Source of the DNA: Andalucia godoyi And28
Taxonomy: Eukaryota; Protista; Jakobida
Assembly (NCBI GenBank): GCA_009859145.1
Contig: VRVR01000043.1
Coordinates: 120,332 to 184,331, forward strand
Direction of reading: 5' to 3'
Length of the DNA stretch: 64,000 nt
The position numbers and the translations under genes are program-made. Under the pieces are notes generated by a model that searched no databases, was not told the DNA's origin, and saw nothing but the letters and a program-made list of their open reading frames with translations. This document shows positions 12,401-21,891 of this stretch, one piece after another (positions within the stretch are counted from its first letter, which is position 1; the number at the start of each line of letters is the position of its first letter).

Positions 12401-15400
12401 AGCATTGAACCCTTCCAGGTCAACCTGCCTTTCAAAATCCCAAAAGTCGTCCGCGAACGCCTCCAGGTCGTAATTCTGATCATTGATCTCGGGAGCAGAC
12501 TTTTGTTTGGAAACTTCTGAAGACATCCCTAATGGTGCAACAGCACCAACGGCGGAAGACGTAACCATGTGCTCTCGGGAGACTTCCGGGATGTCAGCGG
12601 CAGTCAGATTCGGGCCGCCAAAGCGATACTTGGGAAGCTTGGCTGTTGCAGATCCTTTGGAAGCATACTTGTCAAAGTCGTGCTGCAATGCAGATTCTCG
12701 ATACGCCGGATCTTCCAATGTGTCGCGGCCCCAAGACTTGCTGCGGAAATAGTACAGGCCCCCGATCAATCCTCCGATCAATATAAGAAGACCGACCAAA
12801 AGAATCGCAATCAGCAACCAATCGGGTTCCAAAAGAATGTTATCCGACCGACGAACGCCCACAGACACCAAGTTGGACGCGGTCAGAGGACCAATCCGAG
12901 AATCTTTAGGGCAATCTTGATTATCATCCAGAACAGAAATGATCTGCAATCGAGAACTAGAAGCGGCATCCGAAAACACGTAGACTCCACGATCATTGAA
13001 CGTGAAGGCAAACGTCGCGATCGTCGTCAACGGATCCTTCAACTGGTCCTTCAGCTGTCGGAAGGCACCGTAGTCAAAATTTGGATTCGTGTTGTACAAA
13101 GAATCCTTTTCATACACCGGATAATGAGTTCGGTCAGAAGGGATGGACCACAGCATGCCTTCGCCTTTCTTGAGGCAAACGACAGGTTGATCAATACCTG
13201 ATGGTAGTGTGCTGGAATCGCGAACAGTTACGGAATGTGTCATGAACGTAGACGAAACGGCCACAGACGTGTTTCGCTTTCCAATCAACAAAGAATCCAA
13301 ATAAGAAAAACTTGCATCATAAACTCCTCTGAATCCATCCGAATACATGTGAGTTACAAGGAATCCACAACTGGAGCCGATTCCGACGGAGCGACATTGC
13401 ACAATTCCGGTCATGGACGATGTGTTGTAAGACGAATACGACCCTGATACAGGGTCCTTCTGAACCAGCATCTTCATAGACTGATCATAATAAACAAGAC
13501 GCTGCTTTGCTCGACAAGCTTCATCGCAAACAGTGTCCTCGTCTTGCAATTCAGAACACTCACAAGCACCTGTGTTGGGATTAATTCGTCCACCACCCGA
13601 AACGCATTCTTTCGAGCAACTGTACGTGTCCGCCACGCAAGAACCCGTGTGGGTCCTGGCCTGCAAGGAAGTGCAGCGATCAAAAACAATGGGCTGGCAG
13701 TCGATTGAAGAATCCTCCTGACTCACAGTCAGCTCTTCCGAGTAAAACACGTATCTCGGTTCACAGATGCAGCTTCCATCATACTCTTGGAATGCTCGAT
13801 GTGTGCCATTACACTTGCATTCTGTCGCACCTTCAAATGAGTACGAAGACGACCCGCACGGTAGACAGGATGACTGGCCCGTCGTCGGATTATACGATCC
13901 CGATTTACAATTCAGGCAATCCGAACGAGAACCTTTGCCGCTGTCGGGTTGGTATGTGCCTGCAGGACACTCCAACTCCGCATAAGAGCCAGAAGGACAG
14001 TATGTTCCTGGCTTGCAAATGCGTCCCTTGTGCAGCGACTCGTCAGTCGGAAACTCTTGGATCGTAGAGCCATAGCAAATATATCCTGCAGGACACGCAG
14101 AACAGTATGAGCGATCGGGAGCCGCGCCGTACGTACCCTTGGGACAAGCTTGACAACTGCTATTGGAAGATCTATCGCTCGTGCCGTTGTTCAAGTACGT
14201 TCCAAGCGGACACAACGTCGGTTGCCACGACAGAGGTGGGCAGTACGTGCCGATTGGGCAGTACATAGGAAAAGACGTCCCATTCGTACAGTAGTAGCTG
14301 CCAGGACAAGGGACGGGAGAAGTAGACCGATCTGGACAATAGTATCCCGCCGGACAAGTGATGGGATATATCGCACCAGCCGGGCAGTACGTGCCGCCTG
14401 TGCAAGGAATTCGATACTCAGTGGCATTTGGACAGTACGAACCGTCGGCACAGAGAATCGGTGCAGACGAAAGCGCAGGGCAATAACTACCCGCAGGACA
14501 AGAAATTGGAGAAGAAGAACCGCTAGGGCAGTAGGTTGCACCAAGACACCCTGTTGCCACCACAGTTCCGTTTGAAGCACAAACAAAGCCAGCGGGACAC
14601 GCCCCGCAAGACGTGACGTTCATTCCGTTCTCATCAGTTCTGTTTGTGCCTTGAGGACATAAAACAGGAACTGACGATCCCATCGGGCAATATTGCCCAG
14701 GAGGGCAGGGATAATTCACGTATGTAACCGAGGCATTATTCGGACAGTAGTATCCTGCTGGACAAGAGAGACACCAGGTCGAGTTCGTAGCCCCGGAAAC
14801 AGGGTTATACGTACCCACAGGGCACGCGTAGACAGGCGAACTAAACTGGCAGTAATACCCAGGTGAACACGGGGACGGCACAGGATCCCCAGCAGTACAA
14901 ATGTATCCAGCAGGACACGGACCACAGACGCTAGAGGTCGTACCTCCCACTCCAGCATTCACAGTATTCCCTGTACATTGCGTCGGATACTGCGCACCTT
15001 GCAGACAGTAATGGCCCTTGGGACACAAAGACCCTCGGGAATCTCCAACAACATACGGTGGGTTCGGTTGCGAATTTCCAAAATAGCAAATGTAGCCTGC
15101 TGCACAGTCTCCCGTCACCTGTCCGTCAGTGCAATACTTGCCGGAAGGACATGGGAAGCAACCAGACGCCGACGAAAGCCCCGTGGTGTTTCCCACAGTG
15201 CCCGAAGGGCAAACGACGGGATCCGCAGTCCCTGCAGGGCAGTAAAATCGCAAAGGGCACGTAATCGGAACAGAAGAGTTTCCAGAACAATAATAACCAG
15301 CAGTGCAGGTTTGGCATGATACTGCATTTGAAGAACTCTGGTACAAACTCGGAGCGCAGCCAATGGGCAGCGATGAACCTGTCGGACAATAATGACCAGG

Positions 15401-16576
15401 TGGGCAGATAAAGGCAGACGGAGTCGCAACTGCCTGTCCTGCAGGGCAATACCAACCTGCTGTGCAATCAACGTTTGGAGCGGTTAAACCAGTGATGGTA
15501 CAAGCTTTGCCAGCAGTACAAGCAGTGCATTGCGAAGCCAAAGACAGTCCTTCAACGTTCGAAAACGTTCCAGCCGGACAGTTGGTCGGTGACGTAGCGC
15601 CTGGTGTGCAATAGCGGCCAACGGGACAGAGGCCATTTGACGATGGATAAGCACCGGCCGTCGTTGGATTCGGAATAACAGATCCGGATGCACACCAATG
15701 TCCAGATGAGCACAGCAAGGACGGCTGAATGATGCCACTCGTCGGGCAATAGAATCCCGTGCTGCACGGGAAGCAATCCGAGGACGTGGAAAGACCGGTA
15801 ATATTGTTGAATGTTCCAGCAGGGCACGGAGTCCCATCTACAGCCCCAGATGGACAGTACCTTCCCGTTTGACATGGAAGAGTGGCCGTCATGTTCGCGA
15901 ACGGGCACATACGACCTGTGTCGCAGACATCACAAGACACCTTGCCTTGGACAGGAGAATACTTTCCCGCTGGACAGCCACTCGGAGCTGCAGAATTCGC
16001 AGGACAGTAATAGCCAATGGGGCAGACATATCCAGTTAATCCATCGTTAGGAGTCGGGCTGGAAGCACCACGGACGCATACGTACCCCGCAGAACACACT
16101 CCATACTTGTCAGTTGTAGAGTTTGCATTTGGACAATAATAGCCTGGTGAACAAGGGAGGCATGAATCATTCTGGGCATATTGTCCCGCAAACGGGTTGT
16201 ATGTACCGGCCGGACACACAAGCGGGGCCGAAGAGCCTGTCGGACAATAGGCGCCGGGTGGGCATACGGCGCTAGATGGCGTGGAACTATTTGATCCGCC
16301 AGTGCAGTAGTATCCAGCAGAGCAAAATCCCGTTGGTTCACGCAATCCGGATGACGCACAATACATCCCTGGAGTGCACGACTTGCATTGGGACACATCC
16401 CAGATACCAGTGACATTTGAGAATGTGCCAGAAGGACAAGGATACGACGCTGGAAGACCTGTGGAGGATGGGCAGTAGTATCCTTGAGGACAAGGCTGTG
16501 GTTCGAGAGGATACCCAATCGCAATCGTAGAAGAGAACGCAACAGCCAGCAGAAGAGCACACAACGGCTTCCACAT
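6500..16576 (-). CDS. Giant type-I membrane protein: signal peptide, many GCC2/GCC3 (ephrin-receptor-like) Cys-rich repeats, one TM helix, long cytoplasmic coiled coil
   Basis: 3358-aa intronless ORF. N-terminal MWKPLCALLLAVAFSSTIA signal peptide. About 950 aa of CPxGxYCxxG..CxxC repeats. TM segment WLLIAILLVGLLILIGGLIGGLYYF. E/K/R/Q-rich heptad region of about 1500 aa. Confidence 0.85.
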   Translation of the reverse strand: MWKPLCALLLAVAFSSTIAIGYPLEPQPCPQGYYCPSSTGLPASYPCPSGTFSNVTGIWDVSQCKSCTPGMYCASSGLREPTGFCSAGYYCTGGSNSSTPSSAVCPPGAYCPTGSSAPLVCPAGTYNPFAGQYAQNDSCLPCSPGYYCPNANSTTDKYGVCSAGYVCVRGASSPTPNDGLTGYVCPIGYYCPANSAAPSGCPAGKYSPVQGKVSCDVCDTGRMCPFANMTATLPCQTGRYCPSGAVDGTPCPAGTFNNITGLSTSSDCFPCSTGFYCPTSGIIQPSLLCSSGHWCASGSVIPNPTTAGAYPSSNGLCPVGRYCTPGATSPTNCPAGTFSNVEGLSLASQCTACTAGKACTITGLTAPNVDCTAGWYCPAGQAVATPSAFICPPGHYCPTGSSLPIGCAPSLYQSSSNAVSCQTCTAGYYCSGNSSVPITCPLRFYCPAGTADPVVCPSGTVGNTTGLSSASGCFPCPSGKYCTDGQVTGDCAAGYICYFGNSQPNPPYVVGDSRGSLCPKGHYCLQGAQYPTQCTGNTVNAGVGGTTSSVCGPCPAGYICTAGDPVPSPCSPGYYCQFSSPVYACPVGTYNPVSGATNSTWCLSCPAGYYCPNNASVTYVNYPCPPGQYCPMGSSVPVLCPQGTNRTDENGMNVTSCGACPAGFVCASNGTVVATGCLGATYCPSGSSSPISCPAGSYCPALSSAPILCADGSYCPNATEYRIPCTGGTYCPAGAIYPITCPAGYYCPDRSTSPVPCPGSYYCTNGTSFPMYCPIGTYCPPLSWQPTLCPLGTYLNNGTSDRSSNSSCQACPKGTYGAAPDRSYCSACPAGYICYGSTIQEFPTDESLHKGRICKPGTYCPSGSYAELECPAGTYQPDSGKGSRSDCLNCKSGSYNPTTGQSSCLPCGSSSYSFEGATECKCNGTHRAFQEYDGSCICEPRYVFYSEELTVSQEDSSIDCQPIVFDRCTSLQARTHTGSCVADTYSCSKECVSGGGRINPNTGACECSELQDEDTVCDEACRAKQRLVYYDQSMKMLVQKDPVSGSYSSYNTSSMTGIVQCRSVGIGSSCGFLVTHMYSDGFRGVYDASFSYLDSLLIGKRNTSVAVSSTFMTHSVTVRDSSTLPSGIDQPVVCLKKGEGMLWSIPSDRTHYPVYEKDSLYNTNPNFDYGAFRQLKDQLKDPLTTIATFAFTFNDRGVYVFSDAASSSRLQIISVLDDNQDCPKDSRIGPLTASNLVSVGVRRSDNILLEPDWLLIAILLVGLLILIGGLIGGLYYFRSKSWGRDTLEDPAYRESALQHDFDKYASKGSATAKLPKYRFGGPNLTAADIPEVSREHMVTSSAVGAVAPLGMSSEVSKQKSAPEINDQNYDLEAFADDFWDFERQVDLEGFNASRVYETLDKHASQVQARLDASRGDAANVCERILEETENIKSLLGSRLGKKSRKQARILAPTGLGNEMWSVLPGGARELRPEDVIPVEEMKKALEDEMAAREVFIRRQRACTDDWDKSFAALKEARAQGASPEKIVQHMKTLERSTADARLLAEKERTRRLDSEEALREACGDDAVAALMSMDASRRESEERMLRHCEQAAAGLSAVADRLNDLEQQYKKGRKRCEARGDAEGVSKLDKEHSYDVAAVGRQLEESLDRFQRPQVQDLSELGWIDEWHRNVRNAADPLLEREHQAREREAAQTYDLPPEFTHAMSQFMAKMLHEMGLLTDVQAARVVAGDKEGTVLDPELLKSIVEAKKQGLSVVIGSGNAKDSQQNGDADATYSSAELDAKVQEEIRKLIADGQLDATRYSDAISLEQQAQLDSLERKLAHRRARMQERHSAERANLEDVLASEEREEFANLDEDLKSSAKSARSMLDRQMQLRLSAAGDDEYEKDRIMKEFQSASENLESALDSEARRQRSQLSQRLQERRKCLVDKLRDKQVSEAAIEETAARRERSSILQVEVAKSADESSEQAADTASVVSSVKDGAGRQSGAKKKPTVTKESLLHQRLEERHEHLAEVHDKEKRDLESMLLHEEEADRAAAEERLVIAKQSQEDALRRAAQEALNEASSEAEKERILKCLAEDVAAIDKNMSVEQRRQKELLEKRLSARKSKMRESLAKRQAAERDAELSEADQEVKHLLADASAANSKVNGSESSEGEGAGSQSVALAWEQQKGQIERQLASRVARKQQSFEAERAVLVEEIRKEEDIVLANIDSHIGNSYEQKRAELEQRLAAEMQRKGVHTDSEKKRLMETFSAELQSLEENLEIEREKQRADAKAALLKKKEEKERSLRKKKMEEEKRQIEEQEKSIRDLRLVQSDVSEGNDDAHVSAENDPLPAGLSGAISDIVTNAHENVSSDAERALQRQHARIIAEMEAQHVAEQEQVLSELESEMKKEADKELRRVEDQKKRQIAEEKAKLAAQTEQELASAQDETEASKIMEAHQKELEKLLEKVDSEKGRQAEELKRRLEEKKRKKVVELVSKQESEKRKEMAQQARETLDVKSKAAVESEKHAIEQAVAEGSISQEVIAQAIEVTMQQRHVAESQALSKAQADEKQRLLQSIRKVRQLLTAEELSALPDVEEDEQLLEMEVLHARSRLELRQHQLDEIATACAELSPQESMLKAQGIEAARRAADLRALQKKLEEDRADAKLKFETERRELERAQQEAIEKELRDLEDKFIQEQSRMEQEITAAREQKEKKMEAMRLQREAEMSAELQSATADQKNEIMQRYASEQARLESALDGERERQERAVREKLKKKQEEKLRIKKAAMEAELEKKKREEEEAERSRKEADRIAREREEARLAAEEEDRKRRDEEARREAERLRLETEEREKTIALEEEKRREEEQKLASSERLRLEAERQKQEESRKEQLELEKKTAEEERLRKIQAEKEMEEAKKRQDEAQKQKDEEVARQQAQEQAQAQAQENTAVVASGYSVVPADSSKMIMASGEWSTETDWFRSLMSSPLYSKLDEIDHRLSSIQMSHADHVKKRVKAASSLEEIAARLRRHQQQSLQTASASVAWTDEMDCAIAKRKDSTLRLTPPTDLEDSEAAAYNFGLDLCADALSRMGSPSVLIASLLPNSECETANGLPAANPLGHSYLYRGAEKTLFIHRDRLSDPGDFSMVVLHALSEISKSADGPKGEFHNLVSGIASRAYRKKLKRPTAVVDESSSTPGESLSDDAVRSLVSKYGGLDSDPHISQYLASLDEDHGSEKDVGAMSSLSDDESATDGIQGSVDLLAQLSIKVRTLERRLKESNSKEADLRNGEEELRQILQDPGIDAQEKDRRESELRQVTAEKFRVIQRVGMYNRELQNSRERISEIDRMSVAEKRLRNKDFFHELLASAPSANSPRSLHE

Positions 16577-17090
16577 GGTTTGGGCGCGAATTGGTATTGA
16601 TGTGAATACGCGTAAATGAAATAAAGCAATATTACTTCGCTATGTTCAGTATCGCAATGTCGTTCGTAAGGTGATAAAATAATTAAAGGGGATCGATAAA
16701 TAAATTTAAAAAACACTCGAAAACAACGTAAAAACCAAAAACGAAGAACAAGAAGCGCACAGAAAGAAGAAGAAAAGGAGATTCCCGTCTGTTCATGAAA
16801 GCTCCCGAACTCCGAAGAGGTGATGAAATACTAATACGGAAGCAATGCCAAGCACATAGTCCATCCACGCACATCAACGTCTACAAATCGCAACTCCCCG
16901 CCAGCTCCCACGAACAGAGCATCACTTGATGCAGTGCAGAACGTTACAGCACAGAACAGCTCGGTGTTTTTGGACGCAGACCAGGAAAAGAAAACAAGAA
17001 GAAAGGAAAAGGGAAAAAACACTTTTCGCAGATCGTCGCTGCGAGTTCTGGGCTTTTTTAACAATCTGTTTGCCACCGCGCCTGACTACG

Positions 17091-18059
17091 ATGACGATTC
17101 CGCAATTTCTCGCTCCTCGCACACCGCGCCAGGATCCTCCCGTGGATCCTGCAACAGAAAACGTTCCGTTCGGAAGTGTCAGCAAGGAAGACACGCAGTA
17201 TTTGTGGATGGACTGGAAGAATGTTCTTTTTCATCCTTGGAGAACACTAGAGGATTGTGACGTTGTTCTGGAGGACTTTGTCGATGGAATCCGTACCAAG
17301 TCTTCCAGAATGTTTCTGTACGCTCCAATGGCGTTTTACTTTGCAATTTTCTTTCTCCATGTTTCTCCAATGATCTACATCATTGCAATTGCTGTGAGCA
17401 TTGTCCGCACAGTTCTTGTTTTCGGGCAACGCAAAATATACCAATTGCGCAAGATTGACCCAAGGAGAACAACAGCCACGGGAGCTCGCATTCTCGCGTC
17501 TCGAAACCTCTCTCCGCGAGAAATATCGTACAACATCCCTTCCCCCGAGACGGAAGTAAATCTCGATTCTGTAGCGCGTCACAATCCGGTGTCTTCTCCG
17601 CTTTCCTATTTCTACAAGCTCATCAAAAATGGGAAGAAAGATTCAGACTCGAGAGGATACAGGACTGTTTGCGACAAGTGCTACGAACTGGCTTTGTGGG
17701 ATCCGTCTCGTTCTTCATTGATATGGATCTGTTTTTCTTCTCCAGTACACGTATGCATTATGGCTGTTCTAGCTGGTTCCGAAGTGGATTCGATGTGGAA
17801 ATTTCTGTTTGTGTGCATGCTCCTGGCGCTTTCGTTGTTCTTCTATTTTGTCTGCTTGTCCTTCACTGAAATGGCAAATGACATGCAAATCGTTCATAAG
17901 GAGGCTGTTGTGTGCGAAAGAGAGGCCGGCCAAAGTATCCTTGCTGCCGCCAGTCCGCGGAACAGCAGCAGCAGCCTCCCAATGCGTGCTTATCCAGGTG
18001 TCGATGGAGTAACGCGCCGACTTCCGTTTACTCCACTGTTGCAGACTCCTCCCAGTTGA
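17091..18059 (+). CDS. Nur1/Mug154-like nuclear rim membrane protein (start placed at first plausible ATG after T-rich leader)
   Basis: Two pairs of TM segments and the motif YELALWDP..SLIWICFSSPVHV resembling the Nur1/Mug154 (DUF2418) signature. Confidence 0.5.
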   Translation: MTIPQFLAPRTPRQDPPVDPATENVPFGSVSKEDTQYLWMDWKNVLFHPWRTLEDCDVVLEDFVDGIRTKSSRMFLYAPMAFYFAIFFLHVSPMIYIIAIAVSIVRTVLVFGQRKIYQLRKIDPRRTTATGARILASRNLSPREISYNIPSPETEVNLDSVARHNPVSSPLSYFYKLIKNGKKDSDSRGYRTVCDKCYELALWDPSRSSLIWICFSSPVHVCIMAVLAGSEVDSMWKFLFVCMLLALSLFFYFVCLSFTEMANDMQIVHKEAVVCEREAGQSILAAASPRNSSSSLPMRAYPGVDGVTRRLPFTPLLQTPPS

Positions 18060-18180
18060 CGTTTCTGCTGCGTGCTCCTTAAATTCTGCGTTCTTGTCCG
18101 TCGGACTGGTAATGCGCCAACGTATGCTGACTATTCTCGCCTTCTTGCTCATCGTTGGGCATCGATTTGCCTCGTGCCGA

Positions 18181-18390
18181 TCTCCACCAATGGTGGCTTG
18201 GTTTTATGGGGAAAAGTCCGGCATTGAAACCGATGTTGCTTACCAAAAAACCACTCCAAAAATATGTCTCGCATGCTGCGCCTCAAACAGATTTTTGGCG
18301 TAAAGGGACTTTTCACAATCCGCATCAGCGCCCATCCAATGAGTTCCCCTGTTGGGTGGGACATCCGTGGGTCTGCGCACCCCAAAAAAC
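18181..18390 (+). ncRNA. Candidate structured non-coding RNA or structured 3' UTR element, family unassigned
   Basis: Stems: 18211-18219 with 18306-18314 (9 bp perfect), 18220-18226 with 18231-18237, 18256-18263 with 18291-18298, 18331-18340 with 18351-18360 (10 bp, 2 GU). The GU pairs favour the + strand. Confidence 0.25.
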
Positions 18391-18546
18391 AGAAACAACC
18401 TATTTTCCTGTTCAGAGCTCTCGAATGGATCAATTAGTGCATTCGCTAGAAACCGTTTGGACTTTTTGTGATCTTTCATTCTCTGTTTTCAATCGAGCAG
18501 ATGTTGTATTTATTGTTGATTGGCAATGGTGTGCGCCACAGAGAGG

Positions 18547-18582
18547 CAGACAGACAGACAGACAGAGAGAGAGAGGGAGAGA
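18547..18582. repeat. (CAGA)n/(GA)n microsatellite
   Basis: cagacagacagacagacagagagagagagggagaga. Confidence 0.8.
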
Positions 18583-18752
18583 GGCCGAGAGGCCCCCCGC
18601 GGCAGAGGAATCATCAATAACAAGGAATCGATCATGAGTATTCGACAGTTTCTCATTGGGCCTCGACTTGCACACCTACGCCGCCGCGACACCAACAACA
18701 ACGACAGCAACTGGTAGCATTCAACAGCAGCGTCGACGGCTGTAAACCAGCC

Positions 18753-19477
18753 ATGCTATCCGATGATATATCACAGCCGTCCACCAGACGTTTTGGGCTG
18801 GAGAGTTATTATACCAAAGTGAGATTTTTGGTGTTGACGGAAAATACTGCAAGGATCTGTTGAAAAGTTTGCAAGGCCAGGGCGGAGAGTTGCCAGAACG
18901 AATGCGGGAATTCTTGGCTCTTGTGGGAAGACTGAAGACACAGTTGCGAACTGGCTGGACTCGGTATCTTCCAGATGGCGCTCGATGTGAATCCGTTTCT
19001 GATCACATGTACAGGATGTCGATTCTGTGTTTCACTGCGCCTGCGAATTTGAACCGGGATCGCTGTGTCCGCATGGCATTAGTTCACGACTTGTGTGAGG
19101 CAATTTGCGGAGACATGGTTTTGGTATCCGATCTCGAGAATGAAGAAGACGCTAAAACTATTTTGTCTGTTCGTTCAAAGACCGAAAAACACGAGATTGA
19201 AAAGAAGTCGCTTGCTGTTATTGTGGATGCTCTTCCAGAGAACCTGGAACACCTCAAACTCGAAATTGTCGAGCTATGGGAAGAGTATGAAAACCAATCA
19301 ACAGACGAAGCACGGTTCGTGAAGGAGTGTGACAAGCTGGAGATGATCGTTCAGGCCTCCGACTATGAACACCAGTATCCTTCCATCAATTTAGGAGAGT
19401 TCTACCGCGGGGTCCGAGGATTGATCAAAACTCCACATCTTCTGGACGTTCAAAAGGAAGTTGATAAAGAGCAATAG
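18753..19477 (+). CDS. HDDC2: HD-domain 5'-deoxynucleotidase (HDDC2/YGK1-like), predicted 35-nt intron at 18819-18853
   Basis: Motifs LKTQLRTGW, ESVSDHMYRM, MALVHDLCEAICGD and FVKECDKLEMIVQA. ATG 18753 exon (66 nt) joins in frame via GTGAGA...AAG. An alternative unspliced start is ATG 18902. Confidence 0.85.
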
Positions 19478-19681
19478 TTGGAACCACAAAAATTGGGGAG
19501 CGTGGGAAGCTAATAAAATGAAAACGTAACTTTCCACGCTGCGGTTTTTCTTCCAACGTTGAAAGTGCTGTCCACTTCGTCTTGTTCTTTCGCTTGTCAG
19601 TTTGTTGTTGTTTTTTAATTAAGAAAACGGGATCCTGGAACCACAGAAGAATCAGCAACTTTCACCAGACAAATTGGAGAT

Positions 19682-20641
19682 CTACTGTCTTTGCTTCTGA
19701 AAGTGTGCAATGACCTTCCCAAGACCCTCTGAGAGAGGTACGAGCGGCTCCCACCCCAAAACCTCCTTGGCCTTGGAAATGTTCGGCCTACGTCGCTGGG
19801 GATCATCAACTACGGCATCCTTGAAAACGATCTTTGAGGTGCAGCCTGGAACCATTTTTCGCACAGTCTCTGCAATCTCCTTCACAGTATACTCCGTTGG
19901 ATTTCCAATATTAACTGGACCAGTCTCCGAGGGATGGTTCATAAGAGTCTGCAGGCCCCGGATCTGATCCTGCACAAAGCAAAACGACCGAGTTTGTAAC
20001 CCATCTCCGTATATCGTAATGTCGCGGTTGTCCAGAGCTTGCGTAACAAAATTGGAAATCACACGTCCATCCGATGCGCTCAAGCGCGGGCCGTAAGTAT
20101 TGAAGATCCGAACAACTCGAATTTGTGTTCCACGAGTTCGGGCGAAATCAAACATGAGAGTTTCTCCAATGCGCTTCCCTTCGTCGTAACAAGCCCGAGG
20201 ACCGGTGCATGAGACGTTGCCACGATAGTCTTCGACCTGAGGATGCACCAGCGGATCTCCGTACACCTCGGACGTAGACGTCACAAGAATTCGTGCGCCA
20301 ACAGCAGTAGCATACTCGAGGGCATACAACGTGCCTAAGAAACACGTCTTGGCAGTGTGAATTGGATCCTTCTGATACAGAGGCGGGGATGCAGGGCAGG
20401 CCATATGATAGATCTGATTGAACTTGTTCTCCTCCAGCGAAGAATCAAAAGGTAAAACATTGATAACATCATGTTCCACAATCCGCAGGCGGTCACCAAA
20501 GTTGCGAATGGCATCCGCAAGGTTCTCGCGATTCCCTGTCTGAAAATTGTCCACAACCGTCACAAAATGCCCCTGCGAAAGAAGAGACTCCACCATGTGG
20601 GATCCCAAAAATCCGGAGCCGCCAGTTACAAGAATGCGCAT
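19682..20641 (-). CDS. UXS1: UDP-glucuronate decarboxylase (UDP-xylose synthase)
   Basis: MRILVTGGSGFLGSH Rossmann start, YHMACPASP, STSEVYGDP, RACYDEGKR (YxxxK) and RIFNTYGPR. ATG at 20641. Confidence 0.92.
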   Translation of the reverse strand: MRILVTGGSGFLGSHMVESLLSQGHFVTVVDNFQTGNRENLADAIRNFGDRLRIVEHDVINVLPFDSSLEENKFNQIYHMACPASPPLYQKDPIHTAKTCFLGTLYALEYATAVGARILVTSTSEVYGDPLVHPQVEDYRGNVSCTGPRACYDEGKRIGETLMFDFARTRGTQIRVVRIFNTYGPRLSASDGRVISNFVTQALDNRDITIYGDGLQTRSFCFVQDQIRGLQTLMNHPSETGPVNIGNPTEYTVKEIAETVRKMVPGCTSKIVFKDAVVDDPQRRRPNISKAKEVLGWEPLVPLSEGLGKVIAHFQKQRQ

Positions 20642-20979
20642 GCTCGTGAGCCCAAACTGCCAACACGCAGAAGCACCTGAACAAAACAAACAAAACAACA
20701 ACAACAAAAAAGATGAAGAGAAGAAGAGAAGAAGAGGAGAAGAAGAAAAATAGACAACAAAATTATGCAAGAAAGCCGAAAAGGGGATGTGTCGAAAAAC
20801 GTGGGTGTGCCGAAAGAAACCTGCGACACATCGCAGCCAGCCTGCCGCTGCACGCATTGGGATGGGAAACTTGAAGTCGCTGTGGTCCCAAAAAAGCAGA
20901 TTTTTCGGCGTTTCACTCACTTTCACAGAAAAGATGGTGTCGTCTGAAGCACGAATGCACATCACGAAGCAAGTAGAAC

Positions 20980-21891
20980 ATGGGGCTTTCCAAGAAAATA
21001 TTTTCTCCAGCGGATGTGGATACGTTTGAGAGAACACGAGCATTCAAGTGTTATCTGCATCACATGCAGCAGCTGTCGGCGGCAGTACAAGGAAAGGCAC
21101 TTCACAGTCCGTCGTATGTTTCTCCACATGATTCGGTGAGGAAAGTACAGGGCTTGCTTCATGAAATTAAGAGGTGGGTCATGGACATAGAGCCAATGCA
21201 ACAACCCCAAAGGTTTGGAAACAAGGCGTTTCGGACGTTTCATTCCAAGTTGGTTTCGGATTCTGAAGCACTGATCCACAAGCATCTGCAGTTTGAGATT
21301 CAAACCGGACACCACGATGTCTCGGAGCTATGTGGTTATCTCCACGGAGGGTTCGGAAACGAGACGCGGATTGACTACGGAACAGGGCATGAAGCTTCAT
21401 TCTTCGGTTTCTTGATTGTTCTGCTTGAGTGGCAGTTTCTGGAAAGTGCCGCATACGAAGATGTTGTGCTCGTCGTGTTTTTCGAGTACTTCCAGCTTGT
21501 CCGATTCATCTTGGAGCGATATAATTTGGAGCCTGCTGGATCCCATGGCGTTTGGGGCCTGGATGACTATCACTTTCTGCCATACGTCTTCGGAGCGTCG
21601 CAATTAATTGGAAATCCAGAGGGTATTCAGCCCCAGGATGTTATGAACGAGCTAACTGTGAAGCAATACGCAGGGAGCTATTTGTATGTGTGTTGTGTTG
21701 ACATTATTCGTCAAATTAAACGTGGACCATTCGGAGAACATTCTCCGATGCTGCACAGCATTTCCCAGGTGCCGTCGTGGGAAAAGACTTTTCAGGGAAT
21801 GGTGAAAATGTACCGAGCTGAAGTACTTCTCAAGTTCCCAGTAATCCAACACTTCTTGTTTGGAAACACATTGTCGTTTGTGCCAGTGTAG
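20980..21891 (+). CDS. PTPA: PP2A phosphatase activator (PTPA/Rrd)
   Basis: PQRFGNKAFR, FGNETRIDYGTGHE, LEPAGSHGVWGLDDYHFLPY and EVLLKFPVIQHFLFG. Confidence 0.92.
   Translation: MGLSKKIFSPADVDTFERTRAFKCYLHHMQQLSAAVQGKALHSPSYVSPHDSVRKVQGLLHEIKRWVMDIEPMQQPQRFGNKAFRTFHSKLVSDSEALIHKHLQFEIQTGHHDVSELCGYLHGGFGNETRIDYGTGHEASFFGFLIVLLEWQFLESAAYEDVVLVVFFEYFQLVRFILERYNLEPAGSHGVWGLDDYHFLPYVFGASQLIGNPEGIQPQDVMNELTVKQYAGSYLYVCCVDIIRQIKRGPFGEHSPMLHSISQVPSWEKTFQGMVKMYRAEVLLKFPVIQHFLFGNTLSFVPV

Noticed and set aside
18280-18310. U2/U4/U5 snRNA assignment from the Sm-like AUUUUUGG
   Set aside because: No U2 branch-pairing GUAGUA, no U5 loop GCCUUUUAC and no U4/U6 pairing region found nearby.
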